DNA of 64,000 bases from Felis catus. Lineage: Eukaryota. The stretch's first letter is position 1. Every line of letters begins with the position of its first letter. The position numbers and the translations under genes are program-made. Where the stretch lies: NCBI RefSeq assembly GCF_018350175.1, contig NC_058377.1, forward strand, positions 108,252,001-108,316,000, given 5' to 3'. Below the pieces are notes generated by a model, which worked only from the letters and a program-made list of their open reading frames with translations, did no database searches and had not been told where the DNA came from. Shown here in pieces: positions 1 through 11,990 of this stretch.

Positions 1-2249
1 TGCCTGGGCTGGTCCCCGCTAGGACAGAGCTGTCACCACTCTGGAAACCCCCATGGCTCTGGGCATGGGTCCAAAGTCCAGACCCAAAGGAAAGTCCCCC
101 CGCAATGCCCTGACACCCAACTCCCCAGGAGGGGTTCGAGACAGAGACAGAAGCTGGGGGCAGTTCCGAGGGGACTCTCATCTGGAATCCCAGCCTCTGG
201 TGGGTCAGAGTTCTCTACAGGAGGATGAAGGGCGAGGAGGGCAGGGCTGGAGCTGGCAGGAGCCCAGGGGAGGAAGGAAATAAGAAACAATCAAGGAAAA
301 ATCCATTCCAGGCCTGGGGTTGGCTGAGGCCATGGGGCCCTGCAGGCTGAGCTCGGGCTGGAGTGGGGGAGGCTTCCTAGGGGTGGACTGAGCTCCTGCT
401 CAGCTCCCTGCTGCCCTGTGGTCCTGGGGGGGTAGGGGTGCTGAGGCCTCTTCCAGATACTTTGTCTCCTCTCACTGGCCCCCCCCCCCCAGGTTCCCCC
501 CGCCCCCAGATTATCACTGCCCTTTCCTTGTGACTCTCTGCCCCCAGACCTGCCCCCAAACTCCTGGTCACATTTTCCCCCTGCCTCCCAGGTCCTAGCT
601 CTCCAGGTAAGTGGGGCCTTGGAGAGCTGGCTCCAGCCTGGTTTGGGGGGGGGCTTCCCCACCGGCCCCTCCATCCTCCCCAGCTAACCTTGGAGAAGGT
701 GGCTTCCAATTCTCTCCCTCTGGGCCCACGGGGGCTGGGGCTGATGTGGATGGTTTCCAGGAAGAAGGGGCTGGGAGGGGAAGGAAGGGCTGAGTCAGTC
801 ACTGGGTGGTGATTACAGGGCCCCAGTGGGGGAAGCAGCCACGGGGTGGGAGAAACGGACTAGACCCATCTCAGGGCCAGGGGGAGCTCCCAGTGGAGGA
901 GAAGGAAGTTGAATAGCCATTCTAGGCACTGCTCCATCATAGCCGAGAAAGGCTATCTAAGGAAGGCCTCTAACCCCTCCCAAACGTTCTTCAGGCTCCT
1001 GCCCCCTCAGCCACCAGCGTGTCCAGGAGGAGCCCTTCCAATGAGAACAGTCCAGGTCTTGGCTGAGGCTTTATTCCCTGGACATAGGGTGCAGGCGGGA
1101 CAGGAGGCGGGGCACTGGCCTGGATGTCTGTTGAGTCAGAAATGCAGGACACCCTGGCCATCCCCTGGCCCAGGATCCCAGCCTCCCCGCCCACACTCAG
1201 GCCCTTACACACAGCCTGAGAAGTTGCGCAAAATAGCCAATTTTAGCAAACGAAATCCTGTTTCATAAATGCGCATTAATTGCAGGGCTCCCACAGCAGC
1301 TGGGTGTGTACGCGAAGATCCTGTCTATTCAGCAAAACCTCCAGGAGAGGCGCCGTCAGCTGGCTCCTTAGGGATTCCTCCAGCCCCAGGCAAGTGACAT
1401 AACTTCATCTGTGAATGGAGAGCGCGAACCGCTCACTCGAGTGCCTCCAGAGCACAGAACCCACCACCAGGCACAAATCACATCTTGGATGTAATGTAGG
1501 CTTTGTGTGGGCCCTGAGCGAGCTCTGGCTGATGGCAGGAGTATGGGGAGCGAGCACGTACATGGAAACTTGTCACATCCAGGTGGACTTAAAACAGTCC
1601 CCAGGACACAGATGGTGGTTCCTATGGCTAAGGGCCCTGGTTAGGAGTCGTGGGCTGGCAGCCATGCTGGACAGATTACTAACTAGTCGCTGAGGGAGGG
1701 GAGCAGGGGCTAGGGCCAGGCTGAAGGGGCCAAATCCGCTGCTCTCTACCCATCCCCCAGTGCTCCCCAATAAACCCCTCAAAAAAAAAAAACCCAACTC
1801 TTCAAAGAGTTTTGGAACTGGTTCCCAGTTTCATGTGGTCTTGGGTGAGTGTCTTTGCCTGTCCAAACTTCCATCCCTGCAACTTTCCGTTTGTTACCAG
1901 CTCTGAATGCAGTTCTCGACCCTTCCCAATCTCCTTCCCCAAAGGAGGACTCTCAGCAGACAGAGGGTAGGGGGCTGTGCCTCAGCCGCATTCTTGCAGG
2001 CCCAGGGGTAGTGCTTAAGGTTTGGCACAGTGCTGTGTCGTCTCCCAGGGTTGTGTTTGGGGGGGGAGGGGTGGGCAGGGCAGTGGGGACGATGGCTGGG
2101 TGAGAAGCCTGAGGCAGGAGGAAGGCCTAAAGCCCTGCTTTCTGGAGGAGCAGATCACTATCAGGGCCCTGAACTTCAGTCTTCCGTCTTTCCTGGGGCG
2201 CTGCATCCCCAGCGACAAAAGCCACACCTGGTCCCTGCTAGATGCTCAA

Positions 2250-2366
2250 GTGTCTGTCGAATCACTGAATGGAGCAAGGGCAGTTTCCTTCCTCTATCTC
2301 CAGGGCCCTGTGCAGGGCCTGCCCTTCAATAAATGCTTCTAGTACTGAATGAATGAATGAATGAAA
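2250..2366 (+). mobile_element. L2 3' end remnant
   Basis: CTTCAATAAATGCTT followed by a (TGAA)n tail typical of L2. Confidence 0.55.
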
Positions 2367-2579
2367 CAAACGAAGACGGAACGAGTCTAAGTATGGATTC
2401 CACCCCCTGACCCAGAAGCCACCTAGACTGATGACAAACGGGCATACCCAGGCCACTCTGCCAGCACACCCTCAGTGCCCTCTTTTCTAGGGAGAGGTAA
2501 ACTCCTGAAAGCTCTCGCAAGTTTGTAGTATTTTAACTCGGGAGCCTCCAAGGCCTCATTCATTCCCTCAGTGGTCACT

Positions 2580-3960
2580 GAACACACTTGCGCGGGCGCC
2601 TCCCCCCGACCCAGCCCTTCAGGGAGCGAACGGGTCCAAGGACGCTCGGTGAATTCTGACGAACTATAATTCGGCCTTCCGGCTGCCGCGCCCTCGGCCC
2701 TTCTAACACCGAGTTTGGCTCCGACAGGCACAGCCAGAGTCTACGGAGTCCAGCCCGGGCACCCGACACCTCCTGGCCCGCAGCCGTCCGAGCCTGCGCT
2801 GCACCCCACGTCCGCGCGGCTGCTGGACCCGGGCGCCGCGCCACCAAAGGGGGAGCACAGGCGGGGCTCGGAGTGGGGCGGGGCTGTGGGCGGGCCTGGT
2901 TGGGGCGGCCCCAGCATTGGCTCCGCGGGCCAGGGGCGGGGCCTCAGGGGCCACGGATCGCACTGAGTTCACAGCCGGGAACGCGTCCCATAGCCTCGCG
3001 GTCCAGCTCCAGAGCTTTCGCAGCCCGCGGGTCCGCCGCCTGAGCGCCTTAAGGTGAGTTCCGGCCGGGACACTGCCGCCCTTCCGCGACGCCCAGAGGG
3101 CCCCCCAGCGGACCACCCCCGTGGCGCCCCGTCCTGGGTCGCACCCGGGTCCCTGTGTCACCTCCGCGCAGGTCCTTTCCCGGGAACCTCGGGTTCCACC
3201 GTGTTTCCCGCCCGCGCCTGGGTCTAGGCGGCCACGCCCGCGCCCCCTCCGCCTGCGAGGCGCCGCGCATCCAGATCCCGAACTCGCGGTCCCGCCCTTC
3301 ACCCTGAGCCCTCGTCCCCGTCTCACACTCGGGACGTGGGAGCGCCCTCCCGCCGCCCAGCGTCCCCGCCTGGGCTAGGGGTCGTATTTTTAGTCGATGG
3401 TGAGGTGTCCTCCTATCTTTAGCCGCGGCCGCGAGTGTCCTGAAACGGATCCGGGCTGGGCGTTCGGGCAGAGGGCGGGGAGGGGTCTGCGCTGAACCCG
3501 AGCTGGGGCTGAGGAACAGGACCCACGGGAGCCAGGGGTGGGGGCCTGCACGCCCGAGGTCTGGCCCTGCGCCTAGCGGACACTCGGACATCGCCCAGGC
3601 CGGAAAGCACGGGGCAGGCTCCTCCCAGAGCTTGGAGACCCTGGCAAGGTCCCCGATCGCCCCTTTCCCCCTCTACTGTCGTGTTGTGAGACCAGAACAC
3701 CCCAAGAGAAGAAGATCCCTCAGACAATCCGCATCTGGTACGCGAACGTGCAGCTCCTTGGGGGGCCCTGCCTGGAGCCCGAAGCGCGCTGGAGACCCTG
3801 GTGCGCGCCGGGACTCCTCTGGGAAGCGAGGCGACAGAGCGAGCGAGCGAGCGAGCGCGCCACCTAGCGGCCGTGGAGCCGAGCGCCACTCTGCACAGGG
3901 ACCCGGGGCGACCAGACCTCCCGTGGCCCGCAACGGGGACTCTGCGTAGACTGCCTCCAG
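2580..3960 (+). promoter_or_regulatory. CDC42EP2: CpG island/promoter and non-coding exon 1 of CDC42EP2
   Basis: Dense CpG and several GC boxes (GGGGCGGGG near 2875 and 2933). Strong donor AAG|GTGAGT at 3053/3054; matching acceptor TATTTCAG at 8420 ahead of the coding exon. Confidence 0.75.
3855..3873 (-). promoter_or_regulatory. CTCF motif
   Basis: Minus strand reads CGGCCGCTAGGTGGCGCGC. Confidence 0.6.
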
Positions 3961-5859
3961 AGCAGAAGGCGGACGCTTGGAGGATGGGGGCTCTTGTTCG
4001 GAGCACTGTCCCCGGAAAACCTACAGTTATTTGCTGAATGAATGACAGGGCTGACAGCGACCCGCTAACCCTGTCTGTTGTACCTCTGCTCTCACTTGCA
4101 CTGTGGCAATAGGGTCTTCCAGTAGCCCCCTGGTGACGACTTCGTCAGCCCATTTTATAGATGGGAAAGGTGAAGGCCAGAAAGGAGAGGCGTCTTGCCC
4201 AAAGTCACAGAGTAAAGGCTGCTCTTTGGACCTTGGTAGGCAGGGGGCTAGTACTCCTCAGGGCAGGAGGGGCTGTGCCTAGAGGAAGTCTTTGCTCCGG
4301 AGGAGGCCCAGGGCTCCTGGCCAGAGCAAGCCCACAGGACTGGGCTGGCTCCCCTCTGCTCCGCCCACTGCTGAGGGAAGCCACCACTTCCAGCCCCTCA
4401 TACCCTGTCCTGGCAAAGAGCTCATTCTTATCTCTCTGGATCCACGCAAGTTTGGGGAGACGGAGACGACCGGTAGGACTTACAAGGAGGAGGCCTGGGG
4501 ACCCAGTGGCCCCAGCCCAGCTGGGAGCCTGTTTCTCTCCTTCCCTGCAAGCAGTTTTCAGAGGTTGGGTGGCCTACTGCGTCAGAGCCACAGGACCTGG
4601 CTGGGTACTAGTGCCCCCTCTTTCTCTTCCCAGCTGGGTGACCTCAGCAACGTTAAGGTCTCCGAGGTTCAGCTTCTGCCTCTGCAAAAGGCAGCCGTGA
4701 CGCCCACCGTGCTGTGCCTGGGACTCTGCAAGGGCAGCTGGAGCCTGGGGTCTCACGCTTGCCAAATCCGAATACTTGGGGCTTGATGATTGCAGTTCCC
4801 AGCTCTCCCCTGGGTGGCTTGATGCCGGCCCAACCCTTCCCCCTCAGCCTCAGTTCTCCCCACATCTGGAATTGGGCGGGTACGGCTGGCTCCGAGTGAG
4901 ACAGCTGTCAGGGACGCCCGATCTGTTGTGGAAATACTCAGGCTGTCTTGGCGCCCTACGTGGTGATGAGCGGAGGGGGGCCGGGGGAGGGGGGAGGGGG
5001 GACGACAAACCCCACCAGTCGGCCCCACTCTTCACGGCTGGAAAGGAAGGAAAGGCTGTCTCAGGGCCGCTCGCCTATCAAGGAGACCGGTAGGATGTGT
5101 GTTGGGGCGCCCCCAGGTCTGGCGTGGTGGGCACAGGTGAATGTCTGGTAGATGAGTGAGGGACGGGATTCCACGACCTTGAGGCGCCCACTGCCTCCCC
5201 CACCCTCCCCCCAGCTCCTTCCAAGCTTCGCTGGAATTTCGCCACTGGAGAGTCATTCCTTTGTTTCCTGTTAAGCTGCAGGTGCTCAGGGAGGGGCAAG
5301 ATGTCCGGTCTCTGTGGCTCAGTGTGACCGACCTAGGGTGTCCGGTCCTGGGGTGGGGTTTCCGGAATGAGGGCCCGGGCTGGGAGTTGGGACTCTGCCT
5401 GTCCTGCATGCTCCTTCCTCCTTCCGGCTCCCTCCTGCCGGCCCCCTCGTTCCCTCCTCGCCCTGCCCGGCACGGAGAATGGGGCCGGCCAGGCCTCCCA
5501 GCTGTGGCCCCGCCCCTCCCTGGCCCATTTCCCACCTGCTCAGCCCCTGCCCGCCTGGGCGGTGGGAGAGGGGGGCGCTCATCTGGTTACCCTCTGGATG
5601 ACCTTGGACAAATTTCCTTCTTTGCCTTCCGTGCTCTGCTTCTACGTGTGGGCTCTCCTGTGGCCACGTAGGAGGCCAACCCTCCAACAGCTGTGGGAAC
5701 GCCGTTGAGTGCTTGTAATGCTTCCTTTTTCTGTGAAGCTGGCATGACACCCCCTCCGGGCTGCATTGTGTTCTCCACGTTAAAAATAGCTTATTTTTTC
5801 TGATTACATGGATAATATGTGCACCTAAATAATACATGTGTTTCTCATTAAGAATTTGA

Positions 5860-6064
5860 GGGGCGCCTGGGTGGCTCAGTCGGTCGAGCGTCCAATTTTT
5901 TATTTTAGCTCAGGTCCTGATCCCAGGGTCGTGGGATCAAGCCCCGTGGCGGGCTCCATGCTGAGCTGGAGCCTGCTTCTCTCTCTCTCCCTCTGCCCCT
6001 CTCCCCCTCTCGTAATGTCTCTCCCTCTCTCTCTCTCTCTCTCTCTCAATCTCTAGAATAAAAA
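5860..6064 (+). mobile_element. Can-SINE
   Basis: GGGGCGCCTGGGTGGCTCAG head, (CT)n region, A-rich tail. Confidence 0.9.
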
Positions 6065-6075
6065 TATTACTTATT

Positions 6076-6282
6076 GGGGCGCCTGGGTGGCACAGTCGGT
6101 TAAGCGTCCGACTTCAGCCAGGTCACGATCTCGCGGTCCGTGAGTTCGAGCCCCGCGTCGGGCTCTGGGCTGATGGCTCAGAGCCTGGAGCCTGTTTCCG
6201 ATTCTGTGTCTCCCTCTCTCTCTGCCCCTCCCCCGTTCATGTTCTGTCTCTCTCTGTCCCAAAAAAAAAAAAAAAAAAAAAA
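6076..6282 (+). mobile_element. Young felid Can-SINE (SINEC_Fc-like)
   Basis: CpG-intact body, pure A22 tail, perfect TSD AAAATATTACTTATT at 6061-6075 and 6279-6293. Confidence 0.95.
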
Positions 6283-6310
6283 TATTACTTATTTTTTTAA
6301 TTAAAAAAAC

Positions 6311-6511
6311 TTTTAAGTTTATTTATTTTATTTTGAGAGAGAGGCAGCAGGGAAGGGGCAGAGAGAGAGAGGGAGAGAGAACATCCCAAGCAGGCTCCGC
6401 GCTGTGAGCACAGAGCCTGATGCAGGGCTCGAATTCAGGACACCATGAGATTGTGACCTGAGCTGAAACCAAGAGTTGGACGCTTAACTGACCGAGCCAG
6501 CCAGACACCCC
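6311..6511 (-). mobile_element. Can-SINE
   Basis: TTTATTT...GAGAGAG...GAGCCAGCCAGACACCCC reverse-orientation pattern. Confidence 0.9.
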
Positions 6512-6822
6512 TAAAATAAAAAATATTTTTAAAAACTGAAAAAGAAAGAATTTGAGCTTATAAAAATGTACGGAAAAGAAAGGCAAAGTCATCTGAAATT
6601 CTGCCACCTTGAGAGCACCACCACCATGTTGGCAATCATCCTTTTCGTACTTGCATATATCATTTTATAGTAACAGTAGCAAATATTACAGATAATTTTG
6701 ACTGAGGACACCCTTCCTCCCACATCACTGACCTCACACCCCATCCCTGCCCCCCATCCCGATCTACATAACCCATATGACAACCTGGTGCTGGCCTTCC
6801 AGATTCTTCCCTCTCTATCTCT

Positions 6823-7029
6823 TTTTAATGCTTATTTATTTTTGAGAGAGACAGAGACAGAGCACGAGCAGGGGAGGGGCAGAGAGAGAGGGAGACACAG
6901 AATCTGAAGCAGGCCCCAGGCTCTGAGCTGTCAGCACAGAGCCTGACAAGGGGCTTGAACCCACAAACCGTGAGATCATGAGCTGAGCCAAAGTTGGATG
7001 CTTAACTGACTGAGCCACCCAGGCACGCC
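6823..7029 (-). mobile_element. Can-SINE
   Basis: Reverse SINE ending CTGAGCCACCCAGGCACGCC. Confidence 0.9.
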
Positions 7030-7159
7030 TCTTCTCTCCTTTTATCTAGGATATAATCCAATGCCGACCTGTATATGTAGGTACACACACATGCATATAT
7101 TTACAGGGAAGGGGTGGAGGGAGGGGAGTTGATCACTGCTGTCAGAAATGGAATCTTCT

Positions 7160-7370
7160 AGGGGCTCCTGGGTGGCTGAGTCGGTTAAGCCTCCAACTTC
7201 GGCTCAGGTCATGATCTCACAGTCTGTGAGTTTGAGTCCCGTGTCGGGCTCTGTGCTGACAGCTCAGAGCCCGGAGCCTGCTTCAGATTCTGTGTCTCCC
7301 TCTCTCTCTGCCCCACCCCCGCTCAAGCTCTGTCTCTCTGTCTCTCAGAAAAAAAGAAAGAAAGAAAAAG
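7160..7370 (+). mobile_element. Can-SINE
   Basis: TSD AGAAATGGAATCTTCT at 7144-7159 and 7369-7384. Confidence 0.92.
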
Positions 7371-7461
7371 AAATGGAATCTTCTCTACTACATTTTTGCA
7401 TTTTGCTTCCCTCCCTCGGCAATGCCTTGTGCAAATCCCTCCAAAATGTTTCTGGTTCAAA

Positions 7462-7619
7462 TTTTATTTATTTTGAGAGAGATTGTGAGCAGGAGAGAGG
7501 CAGAGAGAGAGGGAGGGAGAGAATCCTCAACTCGGGGTTGATCTTACGAACCATGAGATCACGACCTGAGCCGAAATCAAGAGTCAGGCGCTTAACCAAC
7601 CGAGCCACCCAGGTGCCCC
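7462..7619 (-). mobile_element. Can-SINE, internally deleted
   Basis: TSD TCTGGTTCAAATTTT at 7451-7465 and 7620-7634. Confidence 0.88.
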
Positions 7620-8029
7620 TCTGGTTCAAATTTTGAAATGGGGTGATAGCTTGCTCTGATTAAATGAGATGCGTTTGCAAAGAACTTAGCAAAATGCCGG
7701 GCACAGAACAGAGCCCCCCAAAGTATTTGCACCCTCCACTCCACCTTCCCCTTAGGTGCTGGGCAGGGGGGAGGGCCAGTAACTATGTTGGACTCAGTCC
7801 CAGAGGTAGGAACTGCTAACCTGGAGGAGAAAAGAGAAACTCCGAGGTGCCCTCATTTCTAGGTGGGACGAGACTGGGACAAACAGGAGGTGTCTGTCAT
7901 TCAGCCCTGCGGGCTGAACACCTCCTGTGTGTCCAGGTCTGGCACAGACAGAGTGGGTGAGACAGGGGTTACAAGATCTCTCTCCTTGGTCAAGTACAGG
8001 ATTGAGACAAGTCTGAGACCCCCCCCCCA

Positions 8030-8030
<1 letters not shown>

Positions 8031-8070
<40 letters not shown>
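8031..8070. repeat. (CA)20 microsatellite
   Basis: Direct reading. Confidence 0.95.
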
Positions 8071-8071
<1 letters not shown>

Positions 8072-8789
8072 CTTGACTCTTATGTCTTGGGGCACAGCTG
8101 GTGTGCGATAGGGGGTGATGAGCAGAGCCAGGGACCCCAGGCAAGGGACCAGAGCCAGGATATGACTTTGTATATGACTTTGGGCCCCTCACTCACGTTG
8201 CCGGGCCTCAGTTTCCCCACTCGTAAAGGGAGGGGCTCGGTGCTGGTGATCCAGGCTCTAAGGTGCAGTGAGTCTGTAAGTGACCACAAACTTCTCGCAG
8301 GGTTTCCGCAGGAGAGTGGCCCCACTTGGGCTCCCGGGGCTGACGCAGGGGGCCCAGAAATGAGAAGGATGCCTCTGACTTTTGTCCTTCTGTCCCTGAC
8401 TCATACCTCTGGTATTTCAGCTCTTCAGCCCCAGACCGGACCGGGGAGCCTGCGAGAACAAGACCGGAGAGCCCCTTGGTGCCCACCAGAGCGCCACCTT
8501 TCTGCTGCTAATTTTCCAGAGCATTTTCAACTCTTCTGGGAGAGAGTGATCTTTGTTATCTCAGCCCTCTGACTTCACTGATCATTAATCGTCCTTTTTC
8601 TCATTCCCCCGGCCAACTTCAGTCACGCCCCACACCCTTGTCTGGGCCCTTGGGCAAGGTTTGGGTGTCTGAAAACCCCCCTCTGGGTGTGTCCGGCTGA
8701 GGTGGTGAGAAGAGGCAGCCGGAGGCCGTGGTCCCCGAGGGTGCGCCGTCCCCAGCCCCTGCAGCCCGGCCCCGGGCGCGGAGATCGCG

Positions 8790-9433
8790 ATGTCCACCAA
8801 GGTGCCCATCTATCTAAAGCGCGGGAGCCGCAAGGGCAAGAAGGAGAAGCTACGGGACCTGCTGTCCTCGGACATGATCAGCCCGCCGCTGGGGGACTTC
8901 CGACACACCATTCATATCGGCAGCGGCGGTGGCAGCGACATGTTCGGTGACATCTCCTTCCTGCAGGGCAAGTTCCACCTCCTGCCAGGGACGGCGGTCG
9001 AGGGACCCGAGGAGGACGGCGCCTTGGACCTCCCGTTCCAGTTCACCCGCACCGCCACGCTGTGTGGGCGGGAGCTCCCCGACGGGCCGTCCCCTCTGCT
9101 CAAGAACGCCATCTCCCTCCCTGTCATCGGGGGCCCCAGGCCCTCACCCTGCCCGCAACTCAGGCCCCACCCAAACCCCCTCGCCTGCACCTGGAGACCC
9201 CACAGCCTTCCCCACAGCCTTCCCCACAGGAGGCAGGGAGTGTGGACATCTGGAGAATTCCAGAGGCTGGCTCTGCCCACAATGGGCTGACGCCCGAGTC
9301 GGGGGCCGAGGAGCCCTTCCTGTCCCATGCCAGCTCCTTGCTCTCCCTGCATGTGGACCTGGGGCCTTCCATCTTGGATGACGTCCTCCAGATCATGGAC
9401 CAGGACCTGGGCCACGTGCAGATCCCCACATAG
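8790..9433 (+). CDS. CDC42EP2: CDC42 effector protein 2 (Borg1), single coding exon, apparent 1-bp deletion at 9129-9137
   Basis: ORF 8790 gives MSTKVPIYLKRGSRKGKKEKLRDLLSSDMISPPLGDFRHTIHIG (CRIB motif). The C-terminus GPQALTLP...LHVDLGPSILDDVLQIMDQDLGHVQIPT* lies in another frame ending at TAG 9433. Span 644 nt; adding 1 nt restores a 214-aa protein. Confidence 0.95.
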
Positions 9434-9941
9434 AACCACGGCTGGCCAGGCTGGGTGCTCAGGGTGGAGTGAATGCTGGAGGCAGGGGGTGGATGGAGCC
9501 CTGGCCTAGACGTCGGGATCCCTAGGCGCCCCCTGTGTGGTCACTGGCCAGTGATTTCTTTTCTTTGAGCCTTTGTTTCCCTCGCTCCCACCCTCTCCTC
9601 ATGGGCAGAGCGTGCCTCATTGCCTTCCCCTAAAGCTCACCGAGGACACGTGCAGAAGTCAGCCCAAAGTGCCCTGAGCATCTCGGGCCACCTGGACCCC
9701 TCCCCCCCAACTGCTCCTCCTTCCCTGAGACCCCTTGGATGAAGGCTCCGCCGAAATGGAGTCCCCTTTCCACCTCCCTTCTGCCTCAGCCCCATGGGAT
9801 GCCCTGACTGGGGGCTGGGGAAGAGGCAAGGCACAGCCAGCCAGAACTTTGGCTTCGCTGTCCTGGACTAGGAACGTGGCATTGGTGACCGAACGTCCCT
9901 CTGCCCCACCCTCGCTCACATGACCGGGAGATTCTGGTCGC

Positions 9942-9947
9942 AATAAA
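9942..9947 (+). terminator. CDC42EP2: Polyadenylation signal of CDC42EP2
   Basis: First AATAAA after the stop, about 510 nt downstream. Confidence 0.7.
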
Positions 9948-10389
9948 ACTTGCTGCTGCTGACAGTTGTGCTCCCGGCACCCTCGACCCGGGTTTCCTCC
10001 TGAAGACAGACCAGCCTCCGCCACCGGGGCTGACCCCGGGGGAGACCCCATTCCCAGAAGGCTGTGTGCAGGGCGGGCCCTGCCCTTGGGAAGCCTCTAC
10101 CCGATCCCAAGCCCATAGTGAGAAAGAGGCAGGAATACACCAATGCCACCTAGGGAGACTGCAATATTGCTTCAGGTGCTTAACAAGAGGGGGCTGAGCA
10201 CTGGCGTCGTCCGGGCGCTGTGCCCAGGCTGCTGGGGTCTACCGGGGGAGACCCAAGAGCAAAAGAGTAACCCCAAGGCCTAGTGCAAGGGACCAGCAGC
10301 TTCTCCAGCTTCCGAAGACTAAGGGGGCACGCGGGCGGGACCGGCCAGGCCTGGGGCTGGGAGGGACCCAACAGTGCCTGTCAGCGGGC

Positions 10390-11170
10390 TAGTCACCACC
10401 TACAGGGCACCCAGGTGTGCTCCAGGTGCTGGGGATATCACACAGCCGCGATCCCCACTCCTGTAGCTTATATTCTAGTGGGAAAAGGATATTGAATTTG
10501 TAAGCAAGTAGGGTGAGTTCCAACTGTGCTGAACACTATGAAGAAAACACAATCGCGAATGCTTGGGGCCAACATGCAACCGGTGTCAGGGCCCATTAGG
10601 ATAGATGTGATTCTGAGCCAGACCTGAGGGCTGAGATATGCTCGCGCATAAGCAAAGGCACTGGGGCACCAGAGTGAATGACAGAGGAGCCGCCATGTGG
10701 TGAAAAGAGCAGAGATCTAAGAGTATGACCTAGACTATGTGAGACTGTTTCCACATCTCTAAGAGGTAGTCAGTGGGACCTACCGTGCAGGGTTGTGGGG
10801 AAAACTAGGGATAACACTTAGGAATTGCCACAGGGAGGGTATTCAAAAATGGCTACGGACATAAAGGAACTCGGAGCTTGGGAACGAGACGACTGTGAAG
10901 CACGAAAAGCAGGTTGGAGTCAGCTGGGAACAGCTTTGCCTGCAAGGCTGAGCGGAGGCAGTGGGGAGCTGCAGATGAATTTTAAGCAGAAGAGACACGT
11001 GATCAGATCCGGGTTCTAGAAGGGTCACCACCCAGGCCAATGAAAGACGGACCAAAGGTCAAAACGGAGGAAGCCAGTGCAGGGTGAGGAGGACTGGACG
11101 AGGCGGGGACAGTCAGGACGGAGGTGGGGAGAGTGTTAAGATGGGGCTTGGTGTCTGACTGGTACAGACC
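10390..11170 (-). mobile_element. Degenerate L2 remnant, possibly with MIR
   Basis: L2-like motifs (TGCTCCAGGTGCTGGGGATA, TTTTAAGCAGAAGAGACACGTGATCAGAT). Boundaries approximate. Confidence 0.45.
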
Positions 11171-11384
11171 ACATGGGCAGCTGGAGGCAAGTTCAAGCCT
11201 CAGTTTCCCCTTCTTCCATTCTCCGCTGGTTCTTCGTCCTTCTGACCCTGTGGATCCCAGACTCCCACCTCACCCCCAGCCTCTCGCCTCCAGGTCCTGT
11301 GTCAGATTTCATCGTGGAGGCTGAATTTGACCAGGAGGCATTTTGCTTGAGCTGGAGGCGGGGGGGAGGGGGGGAAATCTATAC

Positions 11385-11990
11385 AACATGAGATGTACCA
11401 TTTTAACCATTTGTAAGTGCATAATTCAGTGGTGTTAAGTGCATTCACGTTATTCTGCAACCATCACCACCATTCCTTTNNNNNNNNNNNNNNNNNNNNN
11501 NNNNNNNNNNNNNNNNNNNNNNNNNNNNNNNNNNNNNNNNNNNNNNNNNNNNNNNNNNNNNNNNNNNNNNNNNNNNNNNNNNNNNNNNNNNNNNNNNNNN
11601 NNNNNNNNNNNNNNNNNNNNNNNNNNNNNNNNNNNNNNNNNNNNNNNNNNNNNNTTATTTCACTTGGCGTGACCTCTTTGAGGTTCATCCACGCTATGGC
11701 AGGTGTTGACAGTTCCTTCTCTTAAAGGCTGAATACCCTCTAGACCACATTTTTGTCTATCCATTCCTCCATCAGTGGACACATGCGTTGTTTCTACCTT
11801 TGGGCTATTGTGAATAATGCTGCTATGAACACGGATGTACAGATACCTGTTTGAGTCCTTGCTTTCAATTCTTTTGGGTCCATACACAGAAGCGGAAATT
11901 GCTAGATCATACCCTCATTCTATGTTGAATTTCTTGAGGAACCACCATATTCTTTTCCATGGCAGGTGCATCATTTTACGTCCCTGCTCA
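11385..11990 (-). mobile_element. Old L1 (L1MA/MB-like) 3' region spanning an N-gap
   Basis: ACCATTTGTAAGTGCATAATTCAGTGG...GGCTATTGTGAATAATGCTGCTATGAAC. Confidence 0.8.

Noticed and set aside
1768-1792. AATAAA followed by A12, resembling a processed-pseudogene end
   Set aside because: No TSD or recognisable upstream coding or repeat homology.
2703-4006. Long ORFs (180-207 aa) in the CDC42EP2 CpG island
   Set aside because: Low-complexity Arg/Gly/Pro products expected from stop-codon scarcity in GC-rich DNA.
5860-7620. tRNA-like A/B boxes and short ORFs such as MAQSV...
   Set aside because: These are tRNA-derived Can-SINE heads, not tRNA or protein genes.
8790-9433. Calling CDC42EP2 a pseudogene
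   Set aside because: Only one lesion, in a homopolymer; promoter, splice sites, downstream frame and polyA signal are intact.
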